The position numbers and the translations under genes were made by a program. From assembly GCF_003991155.1 (NCBI RefSeq), contig NZ_CP031293.1: DNA of 64,000 bases. One strand, 5' to 3'. Shown piece by piece: positions 44,257 through 55,674 of the stretch. This stretch comes from Escherichia coli. Its GTDB lineage: Bacteria; Pseudomonadota; Gammaproteobacteria; Enterobacterales; Enterobacteriaceae. Below the pieces are notes generated by a model that saw only the letters and a list, made by a program, of their open reading frames with translations, searched no databases and was not told the origin of the DNA. Position 1 is the stretch's first letter. Each line of letters begins with the position of its first letter.

Positions 44257-45835
44257 TCAGGCGCAGGCGCAGACCCGGCGTAAAGATGTTGCCAGCGAGG
44301 CCGATTTCTACGGCGCGATGGACGGGGCATCGAAGTTTGTGCGCGGGGATGCCATCGCCGGGATGATGATTCTGGCGATCAACCTGATCGGCGGCGTCTG
44401 TATCGGGATCTTCAAATACAACCTGAGCGCCGACGCCGCCTTCCAGCAGTATGTGCTGATGACCATCGGCGACGGGCTGGTGGCGCAGATCCCTTCCCTG
44501 CTGCTCTCCACCGCGGCGGCGATTATCGTCACCCGCGTCAGCGACAACGGCGATATCGCCCATGACGTGCGCCACCAGCTGCTGGCAAGCCCGTCGGTGC
44601 TCTACACCGCCACCGGGATCATGTTTGTGCTGGCGGTGGTGCCGGGGATGCCGCATCTGCCATTTTTGCTGTTCAGCGCCCTGCTTGGCTTTACCGGCTG
44701 GCGGATGAGCAAACGCCCGCAGGCGGCGGAGGCGGAAGAGAAAAGCCTCGAAACACTGACCCGCACCATCACCGAAACCAGCGAGCAACAGGTCAGTTGG
44801 GAAACCATTCCGCTGATCGAGCCTATCAGCTTAAGTCTCGGCTACAAGCTGGTGGCGCTGGTGGACAAAGCGCAGGGGAACCCGCTCACCCAGCGGATTC
44901 GCGGCGTGCGGCAGGTGATATCCGACGGCAACGGCGTGCTGCTACCGGAGATCCGCATTCGGGAAAACTTCCGCCTCAAGCCCAGCCAGTACGCCATTTT
45001 CATCAACGGCATTAAGGCTGATGAAGCGGATATTCCGGCGGATAAACTGATGGCCCTGCCCTCCAGTGAAACCTACGGTGAGATTGACGGCGTGCTGGGG
45101 AACGACCCGGCGTATGGGATGCCGGTCACCTGGATCCAGCCCGCGCAGAAGGCGAAGGCGCTGAATATGGGGTATCAGGTGATCGACAGCGCCAGCGTAA
45201 TTGCCACACATGTGAATAAGATTGTGCGCAGCTATATTCCTGACCTCTTTAACTATGACGATATTACGCAGTTGCATAACCGCCTGTCGTCGATGGCACC
45301 GCGCCTGGCGGAGGATTTGAGCGCGGCGCTCAATTACAGTCAGTTGCTGAAAGTGTACCGGGCGCTGCTGACCGAAGGCGTTTCCCTGCGCGATATCGTC
45401 ACCATCGCCACCGTGCTGGTTGCCAGTAGCGCGGTGACCAAAGATCATATTCTGCTGGCGGCTGATGTGCGCCTGGCGCTGCGGCGCAGCATTACCCATC
45501 CGTTCGTTCGCAAACAGGAGCTGACGGTGTATACGCTGAATAATGAGCTGGAAAATCTGCTGACCAACGTAGTGAATCAGGCGCAACAGGGCGGCAAAGT
45601 GATGCTCGACAGCGTGCCGGTGGACCCGAATATGCTTAACCAGTTCCAGAACACGATGCCGCAGGTGAAGGAGCAGATGAAAGCGGCGGGGAAAGACCCT
45701 GTGCTGCTGGTGCCTCCGCAGTTGCGCCCTTTGCTGGCGCGCTACGCAAGGTTGTTTGCGCCGGGGCTGCATGTGCTGTCGTATAACGAAGTGCCGGACG
45801 AGCTGGAGTTGAAGATTATGGGGGCGTTGATGTAG
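44096..45835 (+). pseudogene. lfhA: Flag-2 remnant: FlhA-like LfhA fragment (N-terminally truncated)
   Basis: 579 aa FlhA-like C-terminal region (..FVRGDAIAGMMILAINLIGG..) without the N-terminal membrane domain. Confidence 0.6.
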
Positions 45836-45945
45836 GTATCCGGCATCTGCGCACAACCGCCGGATGCGGCGTGAACGCCTTATCCGGCCTACCGTTCAGG
45901 CACGATTCGTAGGCTAAGCGTAAGCGCATCCGGCATCGGCGCGCA
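45836..45945. repeat. REP/BIME elements
   Basis: GCCGGATGCGGCGTGAACGCCTTATCCGGCCTAC and related REP palindromes. Confidence 0.6.
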
Positions 45946-45946
45946 A

Positions 45947-46444
45947 TTATACAATGATACGCTCCCCGGCACTAAAATCCGTTACGTCCCCCGCCCAATC
46001 GATGGGATATAACCCCTTCGCGACATCGCGATGAAACGTTGAGAATGGCCAATCACTCACTTGCTTTACCCAGCCATGTTTTACTGGATTTATATAAATA
46101 TAATCAACATGATGGCGATAGTCTTTGGTATTGCGGATGGCGTGCTCCCAAAAACGCGGTTGCCAGATATTTTGCAATCCACAAGCATGGGTGAACTGTT
46201 TTTTAATCTCCCGCCAGCGAGAGGAAAAATCATCATCGCTTTCGGGTAATGTCCAGATACAGTGCATATGCTCCGGCAAAACTACCCAGGCGTTAATTTC
46301 AAAAGGTCTGGCTCGCTTAACGTTAATAATGACTTTACGGAGCATCTGGAACTGAGCGGTCAGAAGATGGCTTCGACGATTTCGTAGGTTAACCGTGAAA
46401 AACCAGGTTCCCCCTTTGATGTAATAACGACGATATTCAGACAT
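45947..46444 (-). CDS. rayT: REP-associated tyrosine transposase
   Basis: 165 aa IS200-like TnpA fold flanked by REP sequences on both sides. Confidence 0.8.
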   Translation of the reverse strand: MSEYRRYYIKGGTWFFTVNLRNRRSHLLTAQFQMLRKVIINVKRARPFEINAWVVLPEHMHCIWTLPESDDDFSSRWREIKKQFTHACGLQNIWQPRFWEHAIRNTKDYRHHVDYIYINPVKHGWVKQVSDWPFSTFHRDVAKGLYPIDWAGDVTDFSAGERIIV

Positions 46445-46539
46445 GGCGACTCCTTTTTCTCAACGGTAAGAAGAAAAGGAAAGGTCGGCAATGAGGTGAT
46501 GGAATAACGGGAAAGCGGCTCGCATAAACGCACAGATTT

Positions 46540-46620
46540 GTAGGCATGATAAGACGCGCCAGCGTCGCATCAGGCATCGGTGCACAATTGCCGAATCCGG
46601 CGTGAACGCCCTCTCCGTCC
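46540..46620. repeat. REP elements
   Basis: GCATCAGGCATCGGTGCACAATTGCCGAATCCGGCGTGAACGCC REP-type palindromes. Confidence 0.55.
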
Positions 46621-47369
46621 TACAAAATCGTCTCTTCCGTCAAAATCCGCCGCGCGCCTAAAAAATGATCCTGCCAGAAAGGTTCAGCTAACCGGCTTAT
46701 CCGAATGGTTTCGCCGGTACGTGGTGACTCGATAAACTGACCGTCTCCCAGATACACCCCCATATGATCGGCTATCTCGCGGCTGTGAATATGGAAAAAC
46801 AGCAAATCTCCCCGGCGCAGGTCGTTGTTCGCCACAATCGTTGCCCGATGGTAGTGATACATCTCATTGGCTGTGCGCGGGAGCTTCGCCTCAAGGATCT
46901 TGTTGTAGGCATAAAAAACCAACCCGCTACAGTCGAAGCCTTTATCGGGCCGCGTGCCGCCCCAGACATAAGGCTTGCCAAGCTGCTGCTCCAGGCGGTG
47001 AATCGCCACTTCGGTGATGTTATGCAGGTGATCGCTGCTTAAAAAGTGGTTGTTTTCCGCCAGCGCCTGCCAGCGTCTGTCACTCGCCTTGAGCGGCGCA
47101 GGAAACCATTCTGGATGCTGTTTTATCTGCTCCCGGTTGTGCTGGCGTAGCGCCCTTCTGCTTTCGGCATTGCCTTCCACAATATAGCTGGCCTGTTTTT
47201 TCAGATGGGTTTGGTACTGTTTTAATAAACGCGCACGGTTTTGCATCCGCTGGCGGGCGGCGTAGCTGAAAGAGATATGTGATGTGGTGGCGCTGGCAAA
47301 TGAAGAAAACGGCAAGCAAAGCAACAGTAATCCCGACAACACAAAAGAGGGAATCGACGGCAAAGACAT
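46620..47369 (-). CDS. yafL: NlpC/P60-family lipoprotein peptidase
   Basis: ..GKPYVWGGTRPDKGFDCSGLV.. NlpC/P60 catalytic Cys motif; start taken at MSLPSIPSFVL. Confidence 0.8.
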   Translation of the reverse strand: MSLPSIPSFVLSGLLLLCLPFSSFASATTSHISFSYAARQRMQNRARLLKQYQTHLKKQASYIVEGNAESRRALRQHNREQIKQHPEWFPAPLKASDRRWQALAENNHFLSSDHLHNITEVAIHRLEQQLGKPYVWGGTRPDKGFDCSGLVFYAYNKILEAKLPRTANEMYHYHRATIVANNDLRRGDLLFFHIHSREIADHMGVYLGDGQFIESPRTGETIRISRLAEPFWQDHFLGARRILTEETIL

Positions 47370-47546
47370 TCTCAATAATGGCTGGTCATGCATTGATGTT
47401 GCAGTGTATCCCGGCCCGTACCTGAACAAACTTAATAAACCATTATTATAAAATTAATAAATATATTTCAGTTAATTATGTAAAAACATCCGTTTATTAA
47501 ATTACTCATGGATTGTCGCTGTTGCTCATTTGAGCTACAATTCAAG

Positions 47547-47562
47547 CTGAATAAATATACAG
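47547..47562. promoter_or_regulatory. LexA-box-like site upstream of dinJ
   Basis: CTGAATAAATATACAG (CTG-N10-CAG) about 17 bp upstream of dinJ start. Confidence 0.45.
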
Positions 47563-47578
47563 CACAGGAGATATCCCA

Positions 47579-47839
47579 ATGGCTGCTAACGCGTTTGTTC
47601 GCGCCCGAATCGATGAAGATCTGAAGAATCAGGCGGCGGACGTACTGGCCGGGATGGGGCTGACCATCTCTGACCTGGTTCGCATAACCCTCACAAAGGT
47701 CGCGCGTGAAAAGGCATTGCCGTTTGATTTACGCGAGCCTAATCAATTAACTATTCAATCAATCAAAAACAGCGAAGCTGGCGTTGGTATTCATAAGGCC
47801 AAAGACGCCGATGATTTATTTGATAAATTAGGAATTTAA
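47579..47839 (+). CDS. dinJ: DinJ antitoxin
   Basis: 86 aa MAANAFVRARIDEDLKNQAADVLAGMGLTISDLVRITL... Confidence 0.85.
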   Translation: MAANAFVRARIDEDLKNQAADVLAGMGLTISDLVRITLTKVAREKALPFDLREPNQLTIQSIKNSEAGVGIHKAKDADDLFDKLGI

Positions 47840-47841
47840 AT

Positions 47842-48118
47842 ATGATTCAAAGGGATATTGAATACTCGGGACAATTTTCAAAGGATGTAAAACTTGCACA
47901 AAAGCGTCATAAGGATATGAATAAATTGAAATATCTTATGACGCTCTTATCAATAATACTTTACTGCTTCCAGCTGTTTATAAAGACCACCCGCTGCAAG
48001 GTTCATGGAAAGGTTATCGCGATGCTCATGTCGAACCGGACTGGATCCTGATTTACAAACTTACCGATAAACTTTTACGATTTGAGAGAACTGGAACTCA
48101 CGCGGCGCTATTTGGGTA
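47842..48118 (+). pseudogene. yafQ: YafQ toxin gene with apparent 1-bp frameshift
   Basis: Frame 1 gives MIQRDIEYSGQFSKDVKLAQKRHKDMNKLKYLMTLL then aberrant tail to stop at 48048; +1 frame from about 47951 gives NNTL.LPAVYKDHPLQGSWKGYRDAHVEPDWILIYKLTDKLLRFERTGTHAALFG* ending 48118. Confidence 0.6.
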
Positions 48119-48274
48119 AAGCCCGCTGCCGATGAAATTTGTAAACCCTGCGCCGACAGGCTTGCGTAAAACTCTTTTGGTGATAATGTGAGCCTTCCAA
48201 ATCCAGACTATTCCGATTTGGGATCCATTTTGCCGTCCTGGCGTGTGTAACCGTTTTATCAAGGAATAAGCAGT

Positions 48275-49015
48275 ATGCGTAAAATCGCATTAATTCTTGC
48301 GATGTTGTTGATCCCGTGCGTTTCGTTTGCCGGTTTGCTGGGCAGCAGTAGCTCGACCACGCCAGTGAGCAAAGAGTATAAGCAGCAGTTGATGGGATCC
48401 CCTGTCTACATCCAGATCTTCAAGGAAGAACGTACGCTCGATCTCTACGTCAAAATGGGCGAGCAATATCAACTGCTCGACAGCTATAAAATCTGTAAAT
48501 ATTCCGGCGGCTTAGGGCCAAAACAGCGTCAGGGCGATTTCAAAAGCCCGGAAGGGTTTTATAGCGTCCAGCGTAATCAGTTAAAACCAGACAGCCGTTA
48601 CTACAAAGCGATTAATATTGGATTCCCCAATGCCTATGACCGTGCGCATGGTTATGAAGGGAAATATCTGATGATCCACGGCGATTGTGTTTCCATCGGC
48701 TGCTACGCGATGACCAATCAGGGTATTGATGAGATCTTCCAGTTCGTTACTGGTGCGCTGGTGTTTGGTCAGCCGAGCGTGCAAGTGAGTATTTACCCGT
48801 TCCGCATGACCGACGCCAATATGAAGCGCCATAAATATTCCAACTTTAAGGACTTCTGGGAGCAACTGAAGCCGGGCTACGACTACTTTGAGCAAACCCG
48901 TAAGCCACCGACCGTTTCTGTGGTCAATGGCCGTTACGTGGTCAGCAAGCCGTTAAGCCACGAAGTTGTGCAGCCACAGCTGGCATCAAACTACACGCTC
49001 CCCGAGGCAAAATAA
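48275..49015 (+). CDS. yafK: L,D-transpeptidase-fold periplasmic protein
   Basis: 246 aa with signal peptide; YkuD-like HGDCVSIGC catalytic motif. Confidence 0.85.
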   Translation: MRKIALILAMLLIPCVSFAGLLGSSSSTTPVSKEYKQQLMGSPVYIQIFKEERTLDLYVKMGEQYQLLDSYKICKYSGGLGPKQRQGDFKSPEGFYSVQRNQLKPDSRYYKAINIGFPNAYDRAHGYEGKYLMIHGDCVSIGCYAMTNQGIDEIFQFVTGALVFGQPSVQVSIYPFRMTDANMKRHKYSNFKDFWEQLKPGYDYFEQTRKPPTVSVVNGRYVVSKPLSHEVVQPQLASNYTLPEAK

Positions 49016-49753
49016 GCGCCATTCGCCTGGCATAATCTTTTGCCAGGTTTCATTGCCCGTCAGCGGCTGTGTTGCAATCACCGTGACCACATCATTCGGT
49101 GTGGTCTGCGAGCTGAAGTCGATTTCCACATCCTGATCCAGCAACGTTGCCACGCCAAACGGCGCGCGGCGGGTGATCCAGTGTAAATTAGTCGAGCAAT
49201 ACGCCATTACATAGCGTCCGTCAGAAAGCAGCATGTTGAAAACGCCCTTCTGCCGCAGTTCATCCGCCAGTGAGGCGATATATTTAAACACTGCCGCCAT
49301 ATTGCCCGGTGTGCGCGGGTAACGCTGCGTTAATTTATGCAGGAGCCAGCAGAAGGCTTTTTCGCTGTCGGTTTCACCGACCGGGCGGAAGTTGCCGGTT
49401 TCCAGTGATTTGTACCCCGTCAGTTGCCCGTTATGGGCATAAGTCCAGTTACGTCCCCATAACTCGCGGGTAAACGGGTGAGTATTTTCCAGCGCCACCT
49501 CGCCCCGATTGGCCTGGCGAATATGAGCCACAACCGAACAGGATTTTATCGGGTAGTCCTGGACAAGTTTGGCGATGGGGGAATTAAAGCTGGGTTGTGG
49601 ATCTTTAAATGTGCGACAGCCTTTACCTTCGTAAAAGGTGATGCCCCAGCCATCTTTATGTGGCCCGGTTCCACCACCACGCTGTACAAGCCCGGTGAAA
49701 CTAAAGCAGATATCAGTAGGGACGTTGGCGCTCATCCCGAGCAATTCGCACAT
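48986..49753 (-). CDS. yafJ: Class II glutamine amidotransferase-like protein
   Basis: Start at [19 protein letters not shown] (N-terminal Cys nucleophile). Confidence 0.85.
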   Translation of the reverse strand: MCELLGMSANVPTDICFSFTGLVQRGGGTGPHKDGWGITFYEGKGCRTFKDPQPSFNSPIAKLVQDYPIKSCSVVAHIRQANRGEVALENTHPFTRELWGRNWTYAHNGQLTGYKSLETGNFRPVGETDSEKAFCWLLHKLTQRYPRTPGNMAAVFKYIASLADELRQKGVFNMLLSDGRYVMAYCSTNLHWITRRAPFGVATLLDQDVEIDFSSQTTPNDVVTVIATQPLTGNETWQKIMPGEWRLFCLGERVV

Positions 49754-49868
49754 GGGTAACCTCCACAACAGCGGGAGCGCATGGCCCCCGGCGAAGATTG
49801 ATTAAAAAGTACAAAGGTGCAGGCTGTTACCCTCACCCCGGCCCTCTCCCTGAAAGGGAGAAAAGACC

Positions 49869-50447
49869 TTACTTAACCATCTCTTTTTCAATTAACTGGA
49901 TCAGGATATGGATCACTTTAATGTGGATCTCCTGAATGCGGTCGGCATAACCAAAGTGCGGAACGCGAATTTCAATATCCGCCGTGCCAGCCATTTTGCC
50001 GCCATCTTTACCGGTCAGGGTGATCACTTTCATCCCCTTCTCACGCGCCGCTGCGATCGCTTTGATCACGTTTGCAGAGTTACCGGAGGTAGAGATCCCC
50101 AGCAGTACATCGCCTTCGCGACCTACCGCTTCAACGTAACGGGAGAAAATATCATTGAAACCAAAATCGTTACCGACGCAGGAAATATGACTAACGTCAG
50201 AAATGGCAATCGCCGGGTAGCCCGGACGGTTTTCACGGTAGCGCCCCGTCAACTCTTCAGCAAAGTGCATAGCGTCGCAATGGGAGCCGCCGTTGCCGCA
50301 AGAAAGCACTTTGCCACCGCCTTTAAAGCTGTCTGCTAACAGGACCGCCGCGCGCTGAATGGCGTGAATATTGGCGTCATCTTTTAAAAAATTAGCCAGC
50401 GTTTCCGCCGCTTCGTTCAGTTCGTTACAAATAAGATCCTGGTACAT
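49869..50447 (-). CDS. gmhA: Phosphoheptose isomerase
   Basis: 192 aa from [20 protein letters not shown]...; SIS domain. Confidence 0.9.
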   Translation of the reverse strand: MYQDLICNELNEAAETLANFLKDDANIHAIQRAAVLLADSFKGGGKVLSCGNGGSHCDAMHFAEELTGRYRENRPGYPAIAISDVSHISCVGNDFGFNDIFSRYVEAVGREGDVLLGISTSGNSANVIKAIAAAREKGMKVITLTGKDGGKMAGTADIEIRVPHFGYADRIQEIHIKVIHILIQLIEKEMVK

Positions 50448-50686
50448 GAGGATATCCTTCAGCATAAATGTAATAGACAAAATGCAGTGTACCGGATACC
50501 GCCAAAAGCGAGAAGTACGGGCAGATGCTATGACCAGGACTTTTTGACCTGAAGTGCGGATAAAAACAGCAACAATGTGAGCTTCGTTGTAATTATATTG
50601 TAAACACATTGCTAAATGTTTTTACATCCACTACAACCATATCATCACAAGTGGTCAGACCTCCTACAAGTAAGGGGCTTTTCGTT

Positions 50687-53131
50687 ATGATGATTTTGAG
50701 TATTCTCGCTACGGTTGTCCTGCTCGGCGCGTTGTTCTATCACCGCGTGAGCTTATTTATCAGCAGTCTGATTTTGCTCGCCTGGACAGCCGCACTCGGC
50801 GTTGCTGGTCTGTGGTCGGCGTGGGTACTGGTGCCTCTGGCCATTATCCTCGTGCCATTTAACTTTGCGCCTATGCGTAAGTCGATGATTTCCGCGCCGG
50901 TATTTCGCGGTTTCCGTAAGGTAATGCCGCCGATGTCGCGCACTGAGAAAGAAGCGATTGATGCGGGCACCACCTGGTGGGAGGGCGACTTGTTCCAGGG
51001 CAAGCCGGACTGGAAAAAGCTGCATAACTATCCGCAGCCGCGCCTGACCGCTGAAGAGCAAGCGTTTCTCGACGGTCCGGTAGAAGAAGCCTGCCGGATG
51101 GCGAATGATTTCCAGATTACCCATGAGCTGGCGGATTTGCCGCCGGAGCTGTGGGCGTATCTTAAAGAGCATCGCTTCTTCGCGATGATCATCAAAAAAG
51201 AGTACGGCGGGCTGGAGTTCTCGGCTTATGCCCAGTCTCGCGTGCTGCAAAAACTCTCCGGCGTGAGCGGGATCCTGGCGATTACCGTCGGCGTGCCAAA
51301 CTCATTAGGCCCGGGTGAGCTACTGCAACATTACGGCACTGACGAGCAGAAAGATCACTATCTGCCGCGTCTGGCGCGTGGTCAGGAGATCCCTTGCTTT
51401 GCACTGACCAGCCCCGAAGCGGGTTCCGATGCGGGCGCGATTCCGGATACCGGGATTGTTTGCATGGGCGAGTGGCAGGGCCAGCAGGTGCTGGGGATGC
51501 GACTGACCTGGAACAAACGTTACATTACGCTGGCACCGATTGCGACCGTGCTTGGTCTGGCGTTTAAACTCTCCGACCCGGAAAAACTGCTGGGTGGCGC
51601 AGAAGATTTAGGTATTACCTGTGCGCTGATCCCGACCACCACGCCGGGCGTGGAAATTGGTCGTCGCCACTTCCCGCTGAACGTACCGTTCCAGAACGGA
51701 CCGACGCGCGGTAAAGATGTCTTCGTGCCGATCGATTACATCATCGGCGGGCCGAAAATGGCCGGGCAAGGCTGGCGGATGCTGGTGGAGTGCCTCTCGG
51801 TAGGCCGCGGTATCACCCTGCCTTCCAACTCAACCGGCGGCGTGAAATCGGTAGCGCTGGCAACGGGTGCGTATGCGCACATCCGCCGTCAGTTCAAAAT
51901 CTCTATTGGTAAGATGGAAGGGATTGAAGAGCCGCTGGCGCGTATTGCCGGAAACGCTTATGTAATGGATGCTGCGGCATCGCTGATTACCTACGGCATT
52001 ATGCTCGGTGAAAAACCTGCCGTGCTGTCGGCTATCGTTAAGTATCACTGTACCCACCGTGGGCAGCAGTCGATTATTGATGCGATGGATATCACTGGTG
52101 GCAAAGGCATTATGCTCGGGCAAAGCAACTTCCTGGCCCGTGCTTACCAGGGCGCACCGATTGCCATCACCGTTGAAGGGGCTAACATTCTGACCCGCAG
52201 CATGATGATCTTCGGACAAGGAGCGATTCGTTGCCATCCGTACGTGCTGGAAGAGATGGAAGCGGCGAAGAACAATGACGTAAATGCGTTCGATAAACTG
52301 CTGTTCAAACATATCGGTCACGTCGGTAGCAACAAAGTTCGCAGCTTCTGGCTGGGCCTGACGCGCGGTTTAACCAGCAGCACGCCAACCGGCGATGCCA
52401 CTAAACGCTACTATCAGCACCTGAACCGCCTGAGCGCCAACCTCGCCCTGCTTTCTGATGTCTCGATGGCGGTGCTGGGCGGCAGCCTGAAACGTCGCGA
52501 GCGTATCTCGGCCCGTCTGGGGGATATTTTAAGTCAGCTTTACCTCGCCTCTGCCGTTCTGAAGCGTTATGACGACGAAGGCCGTAATGAAGCCGACCTG
52601 CCGCTGGTGCACTGGGGCGTACAGGATGCGCTGTATCAGGCTGAACAGGCGATGGATGATTTACTGCAAAACTTCCCGAGCCGCGTGGTTGCCGGGCTGC
52701 TGAATGTGGTGATCTTCCCGACCGGACGTCATTATCTGGCACCTTCTGATAAGCTGGATCATAAGGTGGCGAAGATTTTACAAGTGCCGAACGCCACCCG
52801 TTCACGTATTGGTCGCGGTCAGTACCTGACGCCGAGCGAGCATAACCCGGTTGGTTTACTGGAAGAGGCGCTGGTGGATGTGATTGCCGCCGACCCAATT
52901 CATCAGCGGATCTGTAAAGAGCTGGGTAAAAACCTGCCGTTTACCCGTCTGGATGAACTGGCGCATAACGCGCTGGCGAAGGGGCTGATTGATAAAGATG
53001 AAGCCGCTATTCTTGTGAAAGCTGAAGAAAGCCGTCTGCGCAGTATTAATGTTGATGACTTTGATCCGGAAGAGCTTGCGACGAAGCCGGTAAAGTTGCC
53101 GGAGAAAGTGCGAAAAGTTGAAGCCGCGTAA
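50687..53131 (+). CDS. fadE: Acyl-CoA dehydrogenase
   Basis: 814 aa from [20 protein letters not shown]... Confidence 0.9.
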   Translation: MMILSILATVVLLGALFYHRVSLFISSLILLAWTAALGVAGLWSAWVLVPLAIILVPFNFAPMRKSMISAPVFRGFRKVMPPMSRTEKEAIDAGTTWWEGDLFQGKPDWKKLHNYPQPRLTAEEQAFLDGPVEEACRMANDFQITHELADLPPELWAYLKEHRFFAMIIKKEYGGLEFSAYAQSRVLQKLSGVSGILAITVGVPNSLGPGELLQHYGTDEQKDHYLPRLARGQEIPCFALTSPEAGSDAGAIPDTGIVCMGEWQGQQVLGMRLTWNKRYITLAPIATVLGLAFKLSDPEKLLGGAEDLGITCALIPTTTPGVEIGRRHFPLNVPFQNGPTRGKDVFVPIDYIIGGPKMAGQGWRMLVECLSVGRGITLPSNSTGGVKSVALATGAYAHIRRQFKISIGKMEGIEEPLARIAGNAYVMDAAASLITYGIMLGEKPAVLSAIVKYHCTHRGQQSIIDAMDITGGKGIMLGQSNFLARAYQGAPIAITVEGANILTRSMMIFGQGAIRCHPYVLEEMEAAKNNDVNAFDKLLFKHIGHVGSNKVRSFWLGLTRGLTSSTPTGDATKRYYQHLNRLSANLALLSDVSMAVLGGSLKRRERISARLGDILSQLYLASAVLKRYDDEGRNEADLPLVHWGVQDALYQAEQAMDDLLQNFPSRVVAGLLNVVIFPTGRHYLAPSDKLDHKVAKILQVPNATRSRIGRGQYLTPSEHNPVGLLEEALVDVIAADPIHQRICKELGKNLPFTRLDELAHNALAKGLIDKDEAAILVKAEESRLRSINVDDFDPEELATKPVKLPEKVRKVEAA

Positions 53132-53140
53132 TTGAATAAC

Positions 53141-53166
53141 GGAGCCGAAAGGCTCCGTTTCTTTAT
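53141..53166. terminator. Bidirectional rho-independent terminator (fadE/ivy)
   Basis: GGAGCCGAAAGGCTCC hairpin followed by GTTTCTTT. Confidence 0.6.
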
Positions 53167-53173
53167 CCGCTAA

Positions 53174-53647
53174 TTATTTAAAATTAAAGCCATCCGGATG
53201 GTTTTCCAGGCTGCCGGTCAACGCCGCGAACAGCACCGTTTTACCATCAATAGAAAGCGCATCGTTCACATTCAACCAGGTGAGTTTCTCTTGCGACGTT
53301 TTCTCATCAATGGTCGAGAACAGCCCCGTCATCTGATTAGATTTCTCGGACCACATCACAGCGATACGTTGCGAGCCACAGTCATGCGGTTTGCACGCGC
53401 TCATCACCTGATACGTCTCATCTCCCAACGTTACGGTTTGTGCAGGGGTATAAGTACCGCCTTTCATCACCCAGGCAGGCAGCTTATGCCCTTGCACCAT
53501 CTGATTAAACGCAGCTTTGGTGGTTTCGCCCTTTGCAAGGCTGCTAATGGTTAAATCATCCTGCGCCATTGCACTGGTGGCGATGACCAGAGCGGCGACT
53601 GTCGTTATTGCCTTAAACATCATTCCTCCCGAGCTTATCCTGCCCAT
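53174..53647 (-). CDS. ivy: Inhibitor of vertebrate lysozyme
   Basis: 157 aa with signal peptide and CKPHDCG loop. Confidence 0.85.
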   Translation of the reverse strand: MGRISSGGMMFKAITTVAALVIATSAMAQDDLTISSLAKGETTKAAFNQMVQGHKLPAWVMKGGTYTPAQTVTLGDETYQVMSACKPHDCGSQRIAVMWSEKSNQMTGLFSTIDEKTSQEKLTWLNVNDALSIDGKTVLFAALTGSLENHPDGFNFK

Positions 53648-53800
53648 GTTATTAACCTCCTAAAGCCTGGCGATAACACGATAATTTGCAAATCAGATAT
53701 TTCCAATATCAGCATTTGTTATCAATTTATTCTGCGCTAAGGCAACTGCCTGATAAGGTGTTAGAGTTATAAAACCCTTCGCATAAAGGAGTTGTACACC

Positions 53801-54571
53801 GTGCCTGGTTTGAAGATTACGCTTTTGCAGCAACCACTGGTGTGGATGGATGGCCCTGCCAACCTGCGCCATTTTGATCGTCAACTGGAAGGTATTACCG
53901 GGCGCGATGTGATCGTTCTACCGGAGATGTTTACCAGCGGCTTTGCCATGGAAGCGGCAGCTTCGTCGCTAGCACAAAATGACGTAGTGAACTGGATGAC
54001 AGCTAAGGCGCAGCAGTGCAATGCGCTGATTGCAGGCAGTGTTGCATTACAAACGGAGTCTGGTTCGGTTAACCGCTTTTTGCTGGTTGAGCCGGGCGGC
54101 ACGGTACATTTTTATGATAAGCGTCATCTGTTCCGCATGGCAGATGAGCATCTGCATTATAAAGCGGGCAATGCGCGAGTGATTGTGGAATGGCGCGGCT
54201 GGCGTATTTTGCCGCTGGTGTGCTACGACTTACGTTTTCCTGTGTGGTCGCGCAATCTCAACGATTATGACCTCGCCCTGTACGTCGCCAACTGGCCTGC
54301 TCCGCGCTCTCTGCACTGGCAGGCATTGCTGACAGCCCGCGCGATTGAGAATCAGGCGTATGTGGCGGGATGCAATCGCGTCGGCAGCGATGGCAACGGC
54401 TGCCATTATCGTGGTGACAGCAGGGTGATTAATCCACAGGGCGAGATTATCGCTACTGCCGACGCGCATCAGGCAACGCGCATTGATGCGGAGCTGTCGA
54501 TGGTGGCATTGCGGGAATATAGAGAAAAGTTTCCGGCATGGCGGGATGCGGATGAATTCACATTTCGTTAG
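53801..54571 (+). CDS. yafV: Nitrilase-superfamily omega-amidase
   Basis: Probable GTG start (PGLKITLLQQPLVWMDG...); nitrilase-like fold. Confidence 0.75.
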   Translation: MPGLKITLLQQPLVWMDGPANLRHFDRQLEGITGRDVIVLPEMFTSGFAMEAAASSLAQNDVVNWMTAKAQQCNALIAGSVALQTESGSVNRFLLVEPGGTVHFYDKRHLFRMADEHLHYKAGNARVIVEWRGWRILPLVCYDLRFPVWSRNLNDYDLALYVANWPAPRSLHWQALLTARAIENQAYVAGCNRVGSDGNGCHYRGDSRVINPQGEIIATADAHQATRIDAELSMVALREYREKFPAWRDADEFTFR

Positions 54572-54633
54572 AGGGTGAATATGGCTACGAGATAAGTTTC
54601 GTGGCTATTTTTCTCTGGAACTTAAACGACGAA

Positions 54634-54668
54634 AGCCCGAATCAGTAATGATTCGGGCTTTCTGAATA
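54634..54668. terminator. Hairpin terminator between yafV and aspV
   Basis: AAAGCCCGAATCAGTAATGATTCGGGCTTT followed by CTGAATATT. Confidence 0.5.
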
Positions 54669-54669
54669 T

Positions 54670-54746
54670 TGGCGGAACGGACGGGACTCGAACCCGCGAC
54701 CCCCTGCGTGACAGGCAGGTATTCTAACCGACTGAACTACCGCTCC
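54670..54746 (-). tRNA. aspV: tRNA-Asp (GUC)
   Basis: Reverse complement GGAGCGGTAGTTCAGTCGGTTAGAATACCTGCCTGTCACGCAGGGGGTCGCGGGTTCGAGTCCCGTCCGTTCCGCCA. Confidence 0.9.
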
Positions 54747-54878
54747 GCGTTGTGTTCCGTTGGGAACGAGGCGAATATTACGGATTGCCTCACCCTTCGT
54801 CAACGGTTTTTCTCATCTTTTGAATCGTTTGCTGCAAAAATCGCCCAAGTCGCTATTTTTAGCGCCTTTTACAGGTAT

Positions 54879-55610
54879 TTATGCCCGCCAGAGGCAGCTT
54901 CCGCCTTTCTTCTGCACCAGATCGAGACGGGCTTCATGTGCCGCAAGCTCTTCATCTGTCGCAAAAACAACGCGTAACTTACTTGCCTGACGCACAATGC
55001 GCTGAATTGTTGCTTCACCTTGTTGCTGTTGTGTCTCTCCTTCCATCGCAAAAGCCATCGACGTTTGACCACCGGTCATCGCCAGATAAACTTCCGCAAG
55101 GATCTGTGCATCGAGTAATGCCCCGTGTAGCGTTCGTTTACTGTTATCTATTTCGTAGCGGGCACATAACGCATCGAGGCTGTTGCGCTTACCAGGAAAC
55201 ATTTTCCTCGCCACCGCAAGGCTATCGGTGACCTTACAGAAGGTATTGGTCTTCGGAATATCGCGCTTAAGCAACGAAAACTCGTAGTCCATAAAGCCGA
55301 TATCGAACGCTGCGTTATGGATCACCAACTCCGCGCCGCGGATATAGTCCATGAACTCATCGGCTACCTCGGCAAACGTGGGCTTATCGAGCAAAAATTC
55401 ATCGGCAATACCATGTACGCCAAAGGCTTCCGGATCCACCAGCCGATCGGGTTTGAGATAAACATGGAAGTTATTGCCCGTCAGGCGACGGTTCACCACT
55501 TCAACGGCACCAATCTCAATGATCTTGTGGCCTTCATAGTGCGCACCAATCTGGTTCATACCGGTGGTTTCGGTATCGAGAACGATCTGGCGTGTAATTG
55601 CAGTGCTCAT
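54879..55610 (-). CDS. dnaQ: DNA polymerase III epsilon subunit (proofreading exonuclease)
   Basis: 243 aa from [17 protein letters not shown]... Confidence 0.9.
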
Positions 55611-55674
55611 AGCGGTCATTTATGTCAGACTTGTCGTTTTACAGTTCGATTCAATTACAGGAAGTCTACCAGAG

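Noticed and set aside
44114-45856. Long minus-strand ORFs (224 and 304 aa) opposite the lfhA remnant
   Set aside because: Arg/His/Gln-rich low-complexity translations lying antisense to a recognisable FlhA-like frame; typical spurious antisense ORFs
49790-49868. GC-rich palindromic sequence between yafJ and gmhA considered as a mobile repeat
   Set aside because: Single short hairpin (CTCCCTGAAAGGGAG); more simply a terminator/REP-like intergenic structure, nothing more specific supportable
52401-52898. 165-aa minus-strand ORF inside fadE
   Set aside because: Antisense to fadE; Pro/Arg-rich, no start context
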